DNA of 64,000 nt from Kiritimatiellia bacterium. GTDB taxonomy: Bacteria; Verrucomicrobiota; Kiritimatiellia; RFP12; UBA1067. The translations under genes and the position numbers were made by a program. Location of the stretch: the NCBI GenBank assembly GCA_024694365.1, contig JAILJX010000040.1, positions 10,182 to 74,181 of the forward strand, read 5' to 3'. Under the pieces are notes generated by a model, which was not told the origin of the DNA, did not search any database, and saw only the letters and a program-made list of their open reading frames with translations. Below are positions 18,518-27,476 of the stretch, one piece after another (the first letter of the stretch is position 1; each line of letters starts with the position of its first letter).

Positions 18518-19527
18518 ACCGCAAATACGGCTTCGACAACGAGAAGTACCTGAAGGCCCAGGCGGAGGAGATCCGCCGCCGCGCAGGCGAGTACGACAAG
18601 CTCTACCTCGAGTTCGGCGGGAAGCTCATGAACGACAACCACGCCGCGCGATGCCTCCCGGGATACGATCCCAACGTCAAGCTCAGGCTTCTGCAGATGC
18701 TCGGCGACAAGGCCGAGCTCGTCCTCTGCATCTACGCGGGCGACATCGAGGCGAAGAAGATGCGCGCGGACTACGGCACCACCTACGAGGAGGAGACGCT
18801 CAAGCTCATCAACGCGATGAGGGAGTACGGCGTCTCCGTGAGGGGCGTCGCGATCACCCGCTTCGACGGACACCCCACCGCCCGCGCTTTTGCGAAGGTC
18901 CTCGAGGACGCCGGCATCCCCGTCTTCTACCACTATCCGATCAAGGGCTACCCGAACGACCTCGACACGATCGTGAGCGACTCGGGCTACGGACGCAACG
19001 ACTACATCCCTACAGAGAAGCCCATCGTCGTCGTGACAGGCCCCGGCCCGGGCTCCGGCAAGTTCGCGACCTGCCTCACGATGCTCTACCACGAGGTGAA
19101 GCGCGGCAACCGCGCCGCCTACGCGAAATTCGAGACTTTCCCCGTCTGGGACCTCCAGCTCATGCATCCGCTCAACGTCGCCTACGAGGCCGCGACGCTC
19201 GAGCTCAAGGACGAGAACCAGATAGACCCCCACCATTTCCTCGCCTACGGCGAAATGAGGGTGAACTACAACAGGGACATCGAGGCATACCCGATCCTGA
19301 GGGAGATATGGGAGAGGATGATGGGCGAAAAGTGCCCCTACAAGTCCCCGACCGACATGGGCGTGAACCGCATTTCCATGGGAATCGTGAACGACACCGT
19401 CGTGCGCGCCGCGAGCCGCGAGGAATGCGTGCGCCGCTACGAGCGCGTCAAGGCCGACTTCGACGAAGGCAAGGCCGACATGCAGATGCTCGCGCGCGCA
19501 CTCTCCGTGATGGCCCGCGCAGACTGA
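18514..19527 (+). CDS. DUF1846 (UPF0371) family protein, short form
   Basis: GFDNEKYL, KLYLEFGGKL, GPGPGSGK, YAKFETFP, HPLNVAYEAAT and YKSPTDMGVN; ATGA overlap with nifU. Confidence 0.88.
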   Translation: MNRKYGFDNEKYLKAQAEEIRRRAGEYDKLYLEFGGKLMNDNHAARCLPGYDPNVKLRLLQMLGDKAELVLCIYAGDIEAKKMRADYGTTYEEETLKLINAMREYGVSVRGVAITRFDGHPTARAFAKVLEDAGIPVFYHYPIKGYPNDLDTIVSDSGYGRNDYIPTEKPIVVVTGPGPGSGKFATCLTMLYHEVKRGNRAAYAKFETFPVWDLQLMHPLNVAYEAATLELKDENQIDPHHFLAYGEMRVNYNRDIEAYPILREIWERMMGEKCPYKSPTDMGVNRISMGIVNDTVVRAASREECVRRYERVKADFDEGKADMQMLARALSVMARAD

Positions 19528-19548
19528 CCCCGCCTCCATCCCCCCGCC

Positions 19549-20544
19549 ATGCATCTTCTCGTCAAGCCCGCCGGACCCGACTGCAACATCTCCTGCCCGC
19601 GCTGCTTCTACAAGTGCAAGGAGGCCCTCTTCTCCGGCGGAGCGCACCGCATGAAGGATGAAGTCGCCGAAAAGCTCCTCGCCGCGACTTCCGTGACCTT
19701 CCAGGGCGGAGAGCCTCTTCTCATGGGGCTCGACTTCTTCAAGCGCTTCGCGGACCGCGGCGTAGAGTGCTCCATCCAGACGAACGGGACGCTCGTCACC
19801 CCAGAGATCGCGAAGTTCCTCGCGAAGGAGAAGTGGCTCGTGGGGATTTCGTTCGACGGACCCAAGCCCATCCACGACAGGACGCGCGACAATTCCTACG
19901 ATGCGGCGAGAAGGGGATACGATCTTCTGATGGAGGCCGGGGCCGAAGTGAACGTGCTCACTCTCGTCACCTCCGCCAACGTCTCCGACCCGGAAGGCAT
20001 TTACCGGTTCGTCCGCGACGACCTGGGCGCAAAGTTCCACCAGTACATCGAATGCACCGAGGACATCTCCGGCGGAGAGTGGGCCGACTTCCTGATCCGC
20101 GTCTTCGGCGAGTGGGAGCGCCTGGGCGACCAGCGCCGCATCAGCGTGAGGAACTTCGACAGCGTCTTCAACTGGATGGCCGCGGGCATGAGATGCAGCT
20201 GCACCTCCTCCCCCGACTGCCGCAACTATCTCGTCGTCGAGCATACGGGCGACGTATACCCCTGCGACTTCTTCGTCGACCCCGAATGGAAGCTCGGGAA
20301 CATTCTGCGCGACTCGCTTGCGGACCTCGTCCGCAACCCGCGCTACGCCGAATTCGGACGCCGCAAGGCCCAGATGCCCATGAGGTGCAGAACGTGCCGC
20401 TGGCTCGAGTTCTGCAACGGCGACTGCGTGAAGAACCGCCTCGGCGGCGACGCCACGAGGCTCTGCCCCGGCATCGACAGGTTTTTCGCCCATGCCGTCC
20501 CCCGCCTCGCGCGCATCCTCGAAGAAATGCGGAGAGACGGTTGA
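19549..20544 (+). CDS. Radical SAM/SPASM protein, anaerobic sulfatase maturase-like
   Basis: KPAGPDCNISCPRCFY, FQGGEPLL, IQTNG, GDVYPCD and CRTC...CNGDC motifs. Confidence 0.87.
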   Translation: MHLLVKPAGPDCNISCPRCFYKCKEALFSGGAHRMKDEVAEKLLAATSVTFQGGEPLLMGLDFFKRFADRGVECSIQTNGTLVTPEIAKFLAKEKWLVGISFDGPKPIHDRTRDNSYDAARRGYDLLMEAGAEVNVLTLVTSANVSDPEGIYRFVRDDLGAKFHQYIECTEDISGGEWADFLIRVFGEWERLGDQRRISVRNFDSVFNWMAAGMRCSCTSSPDCRNYLVVEHTGDVYPCDFFVDPEWKLGNILRDSLADLVRNPRYAEFGRRKAQMPMRCRTCRWLEFCNGDCVKNRLGGDATRLCPGIDRFFAHAVPRLARILEEMRRDG

Positions 20545-20570
20545 CATACCCTACGGGGGTATGGTATAAT
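20541..20570 (+). promoter_or_regulatory. Promoter with CsoR-type operator
   Basis: TTGACA-18 bp-TATAAT. The region between them carries the inverted repeat CATACCC-TACGG-GGGTATG (20545-20563), the C/G-tract architecture of CsoR operators, directly upstream of csoR. Confidence 0.9.
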
Positions 20571-20601
20571 ACGCGCCGTTTCCGGTAAAAAGGAGGACGG
20601 T

Positions 20602-20883
20602 ATGAAAAAATGCATGGGAGACGACGTGCAGCTTTTGCACGTGAGGCTCAAAAAGATAATCGGCCAGCTCAACGGCATCCAGAAGATGATCGACGAGGAT
20701 GTGCCTTGCGAGGACATACTGCTGCAGTTCAACGCTGTGAACGGGGCTCTGCACAAGATCTCGTTCATGATACTCGAAGGGCACCTGCGGCACTGCGTCC
20801 GCGAGGGCATCGAGAGCGGCAATGCGGACGAGACGATCGAGTCGTTCGCGGAGTCCCTCGAGAATTTCGCAAAGATGGCGTGA
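20602..20883 (+). CDS. csoR: CsoR/RcnR-family metal-sensing repressor
   Basis: RLKKIIGQLNGI, C..IL.Q and GHLRHC (C-H-C fingerprint). Confidence 0.9.
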   Translation: MKKCMGDDVQLLHVRLKKIIGQLNGIQKMIDEDVPCEDILLQFNAVNGALHKISFMILEGHLRHCVREGIESGNADETIESFAESLENFAKMA

Positions 20884-20896
20884 AGGGAGGTTTTCC

Positions 20897-22846
20897 GTGG
20901 GAAGCTGCTGCAGCATAGCCGCAAAGGAGTCGAAAGAGGCCTCGGGCGAACTGGCGAAGCCATCGTTCGCGGAGAGGGTGTGCGGATTTCTCGAGTCGTG
21001 GCCGATGGTCGCCCTGGCGGGCGCATCGCTCGCGATGAAGTTCATCATGGGCGACGAAACGTGGGCCCTGGCGTCCGTCTTCATCTGCGGCCTGCCGCTC
21101 CTGCGCGAGGCGGCGGAGTCGCTTTTCCGCCAGAAGGCGATAAAGTCGAGCCTGCTCATCTCCTGCGCCATGGTCTCGTGCCTCGCCGTCGGGCAGATTT
21201 TCGCCGCGGGCGAGGTCGCGTTCATCATGGCCCTCGGGGAGATGCTCGAGACTTTCACCCTGAAGCGCGCGAAACAGGGTCTCCATAAGCTCGTCTCTCT
21301 CGTCCCCCTTACCGCCCGCTACGTCGTCACCTGCCCCAAATGCCTCGCGAAAGGCGAGAAGTTCAGGGACGTCCCGCTCGACAAGCTCGAGATCGGCGAC
21401 GGGGTCAGGGTTCTTCCCGGCGAGACGATCCCTGTGGACGGCGTCATCGCCGAAGGCGAGACGACCGTGGACCAGAGCGTGATGACCGGAGAGTCGATGC
21501 CCGTGGACAAAAAGCCGGGCGACGAGGTGTATTCGGGGACGATCAACCGCTTCGGCGCGATAACCGTGCGCGTGACGAAGACCGGCGAAGACTCCTCGCT
21601 CCAGAAGCTCATCCGCCTCGTCAAGGAGGCTCAGCGCAAAAAAGCCCCGGTCCAGAGGATTGCGGACCGCTGGGCGGCGATTCTCGTGCCGTCCGCCCTC
21701 GCTGTCGCCGTGCTCGTCTTTCTGGGCGTCTGGCTTTGGTCCGGCAAGGTGGAGACGGGCCTCTTGAGGGGCGTCACGATAATGGTGGTGTTCTGTCCGT
21801 GCTCTCTCGCCCTCGCCACCCCGACGGCGATCATGGCTGCCATCGGCCAGGCGACGAAGTTCGGTGTGATCGTGAAGTCGGGCGAGGCGCTCGAGAGGAT
21901 GGGCGCGGTCTCCGTGGTCTGCCTCGACAAGACAGGAACGCTCACTACGGGCGAACTCTCCGTCTCGCGCGTGGAGGCGTTCCGCGGCGGCGATCCTTCC
22001 GCCGTGCTCGATCTCGCGGCGTCGGCCGAGGCGTCGTCCGAGCATCCTCTCGCCAAGGCGGTGGTCGCCGCGGCGAAGGGGAGGAGCCTCCAGGAGGCGG
22101 AATCCTTCCGCATGGTCCCCGGAAAAGGCGTCGCCGCCAAGGTAGGCGGACGGAACGTCGTCTGCGGAACCGCCTCCTGGCTCGAGGAGAATGGAGTGGC
22201 GCTCATGGAGTCCGACGCCCAAAAGGCGGATGCCGCCCGCTCCGACGGCTCCGCCGTCATTCTCGTCGCATGCGACGGCGCGGCGGCGGGATTCGCAGTC
22301 CTTTCCGATACGGTCCGCCCCGAGTCGGCGCAAGTCCTCGGCGAACTCGAGGCCTCCGGCGTGCGCACATGCCTGCTGACCGGCGACCACGAGGCGACGG
22401 CGCAGGCGGTCGCCGCGCGCCTCGGCATATCCGACGTGCGCGCGGGACTCCTTCCCGGCAGCAAGGCCGACGCCGTGGAGGCGATGCGCAGCGAAGGGGC
22501 GACGGTGTGCATGGTGGGCGACGGCGTCAACGACTCCGTAGCGCTCAAGACTGCCGACGTGGGCATCGCGATGGGTGGAGCAGGCAGCGACATAGCAGTC
22601 GAAGCGGCCGATATCGCACTCGTCGGGGACGACCTGACCAAGCTTCCGTATCTTAGGCGTTTGGCCGTTTCCTGCGTGAAAACCATCAAATTCAACATAT
22701 CGCTCTCCATGTCGATAAACGCCGTGGCGATAGCGCTTTCCGTCTTCGGACTGCTGAATCCCGTTTCGGGCGCGCTTGTCCACAATTGCGGATCCGTCCT
22801 CGTGGTCCTCAATGCGGCGCTTCTCTACGACAGGAAGTTCCGCTGA
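20897..22846 (+). CDS. Heavy-metal-translocating P1B-type ATPase
   Basis: TGES, CPC, DKTGT, SEHPL and GDGVND motifs; GTG start after GGGAGG. Confidence 0.95.
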   Translation: MGSCCSIAAKESKEASGELAKPSFAERVCGFLESWPMVALAGASLAMKFIMGDETWALASVFICGLPLLREAAESLFRQKAIKSSLLISCAMVSCLAVGQIFAAGEVAFIMALGEMLETFTLKRAKQGLHKLVSLVPLTARYVVTCPKCLAKGEKFRDVPLDKLEIGDGVRVLPGETIPVDGVIAEGETTVDQSVMTGESMPVDKKPGDEVYSGTINRFGAITVRVTKTGEDSSLQKLIRLVKEAQRKKAPVQRIADRWAAILVPSALAVAVLVFLGVWLWSGKVETGLLRGVTIMVVFCPCSLALATPTAIMAAIGQATKFGVIVKSGEALERMGAVSVVCLDKTGTLTTGELSVSRVEAFRGGDPSAVLDLAASAEASSEHPLAKAVVAAAKGRSLQEAESFRMVPGKGVAAKVGGRNVVCGTASWLEENGVALMESDAQKADAARSDGSAVILVACDGAAAGFAVLSDTVRPESAQVLGELEASGVRTCLLTGDHEATAQAVAARLGISDVRAGLLPGSKADAVEAMRSEGATVCMVGDGVNDSVALKTADVGIAMGGAGSDIAVEAADIALVGDDLTKLPYLRRLAVSCVKTIKFNISLSMSINAVAIALSVFGLLNPVSGALVHNCGSVLVVLNAALLYDRKFR

Positions 22847-22875
22847 AGCCGCCTTCTGCGGGAGGCTCCAAAAAG

Positions 22876-22906
22876 AAAATGCCGCGGACACTCCCGCGGC
22901 ATTTTT
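22876..22906. terminator. Terminator hairpin (bidirectional type) abutting the trpS promoter
   Basis: AAAATGCCGCGG-ACACTC-CCGCGGCATTTTT. Confidence 0.75.
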
Positions 22907-22922
22907 GGTATAATATACGGCT

Positions 22923-23882
22923 ATGAGAACTTTAACGGGAATACAGCCGTCAGGCAAGCTGCACTGGGGCAATTACTTCGGCGCGATGAAATCGATGTTC
23001 GACCTTCAGGACAAGGGCGAAAACTTCATGTTCATAGCGAATTTCCACGCCATGACGACGGTTCGCGACGGAGCGGCGCTTAGGGAGCAGACGCGCGACG
23101 TGGCCCTCGACTATCTTGCCTGCGGTCTCGACACCTCCAAGACCTTGATGTACCGCCAGAGCGACGTGCCCGAGGTGCAGGAGCTCGCGTGGTACCTTTC
23201 GTGCCTTACTCCCATGGGGCTCCTCGAGCGCTGCCACAGCTACAAGGACAAGCTCGCCCACGGGCTCGACGCGACCCACGGACTCTTCGCCTATCCCGTC
23301 CTCATGGCAGCCGACATCCTCATAATGAATGCGGACATGGTTCCCGTCGGCAAGGACCAGAAGCAGCACCTGGAAGTGACGCGCGATCTCGCCCAGAAGT
23401 TCAACAACGCCTACGGCGAGATATTCAAGCTCCCCGACGCCTACATCCCCGAGACCGTCGCCACGATCCCCGGCCTCGACGGACAGAAGATGTCCAAGAG
23501 CTACCGGAACACGATAGAGCTTTTCGAGGACCTCAAGTCCATCAAGAAAAAGGTGATGTCGATCGTCACCGACTCCAAGGGGCTCGACGAACCCAAGGTC
23601 CCCGAAGGGAACTCGATCTACGAGCTCTACAAGCTGTTCGCGACCCCCGGCGAAGCGGCCGAAATGGCCGACAGCTTCCGCAGGGGCGGCTATGGCTACG
23701 GACACGCCAAGAAGGCGCTCCTCGAGGCCTACCGCCGGCTCTTCGATCCTTTCCGCGAGAAGCGCGAAGCACTCGCCAAGGACCCCGCGACGCTTGAGGA
23801 CATCCTCCGCGACGGCGCCAGGCGCGCACGCGAAGCCGCCGCCCCCGTGATGGAAAAGGTGCGCATCGCCGTGGGGCTTTGA
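22923..23882 (+). CDS. trpS: Tryptophanyl-tRNA synthetase
   Basis: TGIQPSGKLHWGNY, YPVLMAADI, VPVGKDQKQHLE and KMSKS motifs. Confidence 0.98.
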   Translation: MRTLTGIQPSGKLHWGNYFGAMKSMFDLQDKGENFMFIANFHAMTTVRDGAALREQTRDVALDYLACGLDTSKTLMYRQSDVPEVQELAWYLSCLTPMGLLERCHSYKDKLAHGLDATHGLFAYPVLMAADILIMNADMVPVGKDQKQHLEVTRDLAQKFNNAYGEIFKLPDAYIPETVATIPGLDGQKMSKSYRNTIELFEDLKSIKKKVMSIVTDSKGLDEPKVPEGNSIYELYKLFATPGEAAEMADSFRRGGYGYGHAKKALLEAYRRLFDPFREKREALAKDPATLEDILRDGARRAREAAAPVMEKVRIAVGL

Positions 23883-23885
23883 CGG

Positions 23886-24686
23886 ATGGCACAGCAGCAG
23901 CTATTCGCCGACGACTACAAGGTGACGCTCGATGTCTTCGAGGGTCCGCTCGACCTGCTGCTGTATCTGATCCGCCGGGAGGAGCTCGACATATACGACA
24001 TACCGATCGAGCACATCACCGCCGAGTACATGAAGTTCATCGAGAACGCCCGCGCGCTCAATCTCGACATCGCCGGCGAGTTCATCGTGATGGCCGCGAC
24101 CTTGATGGTGATAAAGTCACGCATGCTCCTCCCCGTGGAGCGCCGCACCGCCAACGAGGACGGCTCCGAGGAATGGGTCGATCCCCGGCTCGATCTCGTC
24201 CGCCAGCTCGTCGAATACAAGAAGTTCAAGGACGCCGCGATCCGCCTCGCTGCGATGGAGGCTCTCCGCGGCAACAGCTTCGACTACGGCGGCGGACGCC
24301 CCAAGTTCGAGAAGACCGCGGCGGACGCGAAGAGCGCCATCGCGAATCTCGACCTCTACGACCTTTTGACCGCCTTCCAGGAGGTCCTCGCGCGCGCAAA
24401 CGAGATGCCCCGCGAGGAGCTCAAGGGAATACGGTATTCCGTTCCGGACAAGATGGACTACGTCATGGAGCGCGCCCGCAGGGAAGGGCAGGTCTCTTTC
24501 ACGACCCTCTTCACCCCCGACGCCGCGAAGGGAGAGATCATCGTCACCTTCCTCGCGCTCCTCGAACTTCTCCGCCAGCACCGCGTCATCGTCTACCAGA
24601 ACGCCGCATTCCATGAAATCACAGTCCTCCCTTCGAAGGAGTTGCCGGAGGACAAGCCTCTAGAAAGACCGGACGACTATGAGTGA
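23886..24686 (+). CDS. scpA: Segregation/condensation protein A
   Basis: FEGPLDLLLYLI, IKSRMLLP and IVTFLALLEL motifs. Confidence 0.95.
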   Translation: MAQQQLFADDYKVTLDVFEGPLDLLLYLIRREELDIYDIPIEHITAEYMKFIENARALNLDIAGEFIVMAATLMVIKSRMLLPVERRTANEDGSEEWVDPRLDLVRQLVEYKKFKDAAIRLAAMEALRGNSFDYGGGRPKFEKTAADAKSAIANLDLYDLLTAFQEVLARANEMPREELKGIRYSVPDKMDYVMERARREGQVSFTTLFTPDAAKGEIIVTFLALLELLRQHRVIVYQNAAFHEITVLPSKELPEDKPLERPDDYE

Positions 24687-25575
24687 CGAAGTCAAAATCC
24701 CTCTCCCCCGCAGCCTGCAGGAAATCGTGGGCTCGCTCCTCTTCGCGAGCGAGACTCCCCTCACTCCCGGCGATCTGCGCGCGGCCGTGAAGGCGGTGGA
24801 GCCCGAGGAGGGCGAGAATGCGGAGATCATGGACGTCTACCGTACCTGCACCAACCGCGAGATAGACGAGGCTTTGAAGGGCCTCGCCAAGGCTCTCGAT
24901 GTCGCAGGATGCGGCTTCTCGCTCGTCTGCACGGGCGGCGCATACCGCCTCCAGACCGTCCCCAGCTGCGGCAGATACGTACGCGCCATGCTGAAGATGG
25001 ACCGCCCAAGCCGCCTCGGCAAGGCGTCCCTCGAGACTCTCGCCATCGTCGCCTACCGCCAGCCCATCACCAAGAGCGAGGTCGAGGAGATCAGAGGCGT
25101 GGACGTCTCGGCGAACATAAAGACGCTCATGGACCTCCAGCTTATCCGCCTCGTCGGCAAGTCCGAGCTTCCGGGCCATCCTTTCCTCTACGGCACGACG
25201 CCTCTCTTCCTTGAGCACTTCGGCCTCGCGTCGCTCCAGCAGCTGAACGAACTCGACCCGACCCTCCAGAGATCCAATCCGAAGGCGAAGGCCGCCGCCT
25301 ACAAAAAGCCCGTGGCCGAGCCCGAGCTTCCGCTCGAGACTGCCGCCAAGGAGGCCGAGGAGAAGGAAAAGGAGGAAGCCGCCAAGGAAGCAGCCGCGGA
25401 AGCGTCCGCGGAATCCGCCGAAGCCGGGGACGAGGAGACTTCCTCGGAGGAGCCTGCCGTAGAGCAGGACGACTTCTTCATCGACGATACGCCCGATGAA
25501 TTCGACGACGATGACGACGACGATGAAGACGAGGATGAAGAAGAATTTGACGAGGAGGATGACGATGAGGAATAG
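24679..25575 (+). CDS. scpB: Segregation/condensation protein B with acidic tail
   Basis: LETLAIVAYRQPIT, IRGV and YGTTPLFLEHFGL motifs. Confidence 0.95.
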   Translation: MSDEVKIPLPRSLQEIVGSLLFASETPLTPGDLRAAVKAVEPEEGENAEIMDVYRTCTNREIDEALKGLAKALDVAGCGFSLVCTGGAYRLQTVPSCGRYVRAMLKMDRPSRLGKASLETLAIVAYRQPITKSEVEEIRGVDVSANIKTLMDLQLIRLVGKSELPGHPFLYGTTPLFLEHFGLASLQQLNELDPTLQRSNPKAKAAAYKKPVAEPELPLETAAKEAEEKEKEEAAKEAAAEASAESAEAGDEETSSEEPAVEQDDFFIDDTPDEFDDDDDDDEDEDEEEFDEEDDDEE

Positions 25576-26623
25576 CATTTGTTTTGCCGCGGCGGCGCTT
25601 CTCGCTGTCGCCGGGTGCAGCGAAGCCCAGCGCGAGCGCTTCGACAACGAGCGCGCCGAGAAGGATTTCCAGACTGCGCTTGCGGACTACACGGCAGGCC
25701 GGATAGACGCCGCCGAGAAGGGCTATCGCGCAGTCGTGGAGAAATCCCCGTCCAACGCCAGCGCCCACTTCAACCTCGCCGTCCTCCTTCAGGATGCGCG
25801 CAAGGACTATCTCGGCGCCATATGCCACTACAGGATGTACGCCATGCTCGCCCCCGGCAGCGACAAGATCGACATCGCGGCAAGGCGCGCCGCAGCCTGC
25901 GAGCCTCTTCTCGCGAAGTCCATGGCCGAGCGCATGAATCTTACCGACAACTCCGAACTCTCCGCGCAATTGGAGTCCGCCCTGGCCGATCTCGAGAAGA
26001 CCAAGGCCGAGGCGGAATCCCTCCGCAAGGAGACGGAGAGTCTCCGCAGGGAGCTCGCCGTTGAGAAGAAGCAGAGCGGCGAGCGCAGACGCGTTCTCGA
26101 CAGTCTCGCCGGACTCGATGACGACGGCGAAGCCGTGAAGGTCTCCTCCGCCGCCTCCTCCGACGACGATTCCGGCGCGCCTGCGGTCGCGTCCATCCCT
26201 TCGGTGGATGACGGATCCGCCTCGCCGGGCGTTTCCTCCCTCCCCTCCGAAGAAGATGCCGGCGCTCGCCCAGGCGTCCGCACAATCCCCTCCGAACTCC
26301 TCGACGATGGCGGCGGACCCCTCGTCCTCAATCCCGAGGCCGCCGCTCTAAACGACGAGGCCGAGGCCGAGGAGTCGTCTCTCCTTCCAAGGCGCGAGAC
26401 TGTTGTGGGCGGCTCCAGGCTTTCCGACTTCGGCAAATCGCGCGGCGAAGAAGAGTCCGCCCCCGCCGCGACCACGTATGTCGTCCAGGAAGGCGACACT
26501 CTCATGAAGATCGCGAAGAAGCATTACGGACGCAAATCCGCCTGGACGCGCATCCGCGACGCGAACCGCACCACGCTGACCGGCGACACGATCCGCCCCG
26601 GACAGATACTCAAGCTTCCCTGA
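25565..26623 (+). CDS. Lipoprotein with TPR-like region, coiled coil and C-terminal LysM domain
   Basis: Lipobox-like VAGC; AHFNLAVL TPR; YVVQEGDTLMKIAKKHYG LysM. Confidence 0.8.
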   Translation: MRNSICFAAAALLAVAGCSEAQRERFDNERAEKDFQTALADYTAGRIDAAEKGYRAVVEKSPSNASAHFNLAVLLQDARKDYLGAICHYRMYAMLAPGSDKIDIAARRAAACEPLLAKSMAERMNLTDNSELSAQLESALADLEKTKAEAESLRKETESLRRELAVEKKQSGERRRVLDSLAGLDDDGEAVKVSSAASSDDDSGAPAVASIPSVDDGSASPGVSSLPSEEDAGARPGVRTIPSELLDDGGGPLVLNPEAAALNDEAEAEESSLLPRRETVVGGSRLSDFGKSRGEEESAPAATTYVVQEGDTLMKIAKKHYGRKSAWTRIRDANRTTLTGDTIRPGQILKLP

Positions 26624-26632
26624 TTGCGCGCG

Positions 26633-26899
26633 ATGTCCAAGATACCCCCCAGCATCGTCGAAGACGCCCACTCCTACACCCGGTCTGAAACACCCTGGCT
26701 TCTCGACACCTACCGCGACGCCCACGGAGAGACCACGAAGGGCAAGAAGTTCGGATGGAAGCTCTTCCACTACCTCTCGGGCGGCGGGATGAGGGCCTTC
26801 GGACGCACCGTCGCCCAGGAGGAGTCGGAGGAGAGGCGCTCGCGCTTTCTCGTCGCATGCGCAGTCGCGGCTTTGGTGTGGCTCTATTTCTGGTTTTGA
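26633..26899 (+). CDS. Small hypothetical protein with C-terminal TM helix
   Basis: Fills the gap in a co-oriented operon; hydrophobic C-terminus FLVACAVAALVWLYFWF. Confidence 0.55.
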   Translation: MSKIPPSIVEDAHSYTRSETPWLLDTYRDAHGETTKGKKFGWKLFHYLSGGGMRAFGRTVAQEESEERRSRFLVACAVAALVWLYFWF

Positions 26900-26935
26900 A
26901 AACAAATTGAAAAAAGCAAAAGAAAGGATTGGCAT

Positions 26936-27472
26936 ATGAAAAACACAGTTGCAGGATTGGCCGTTCTTCTCGCGGGCGCAGCTTTCGCCGCCCCGCCGCA
27001 GCATGGCTCCAGGGGCGAATCGGGACGTGAAGCGTTCATCGTCAACCAGGCCTACGAATCGGTGCAGCGCGTCTCCGGACAGGTCGACATCCTCGAGGCG
27101 AACCAGAACGCCCTCGCCGAACGCGTCGCCAGGCTCGAAAGCGGCGGCGGTGAGGTCGCCGCCATCAAGGCCGAGATAGACGCCCTCAGAAGCGACATCT
27201 CCCGCCTCAGGTCCGAAATGCGCAGCCAGCGCCAGGAGATCGTGGACGACCTCCTCAAACGCATCAAGGCGAGCGAGAGGTCGCGTCCGCGAACCCCTCC
27301 GCCGGCTCCCGCCCCCGCGAGCCAGGGAACCTACACCGTCCAGGCGGGCGACACGCTCTCCCTCATCGCCCAGGCTTTCGGAACAACCGTCTCCAGGATC
27401 AAGGAGATGAACAACCTCAAGAGCGACATGCTCCGCGTCGGACAGAAGCTCACCGTTCCGGAAAGGAGGTGA
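26936..27472 (+). CDS. Secreted coiled-coil + LysM protein
   Basis: Signal peptide; [13 protein letters not shown]...LRVGQKL LysM. Confidence 0.85.
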   Translation: MKNTVAGLAVLLAGAAFAAPPQHGSRGESGREAFIVNQAYESVQRVSGQVDILEANQNALAERVARLESGGGEVAAIKAEIDALRSDISRLRSEMRSQRQEIVDDLLKRIKASERSRPRTPPPAPAPASQGTYTVQAGDTLSLIAQAFGTTVSRIKEMNNLKSDMLRVGQKLTVPERR

Positions 27473-27476
27473 CGCG

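Noticed and set aside
19549-20544. SPASM radical SAM as a RiPP maturase
   Set aside because: There is no adjacent precursor peptide or RRE domain, and the motifs fit the anaerobic sulfatase maturase type.
25330-25575. GAC/GAG-rich repeats at the end of scpB
   Set aside because: They encode an ordinary acidic low-complexity tail, not a DNA repeat element.
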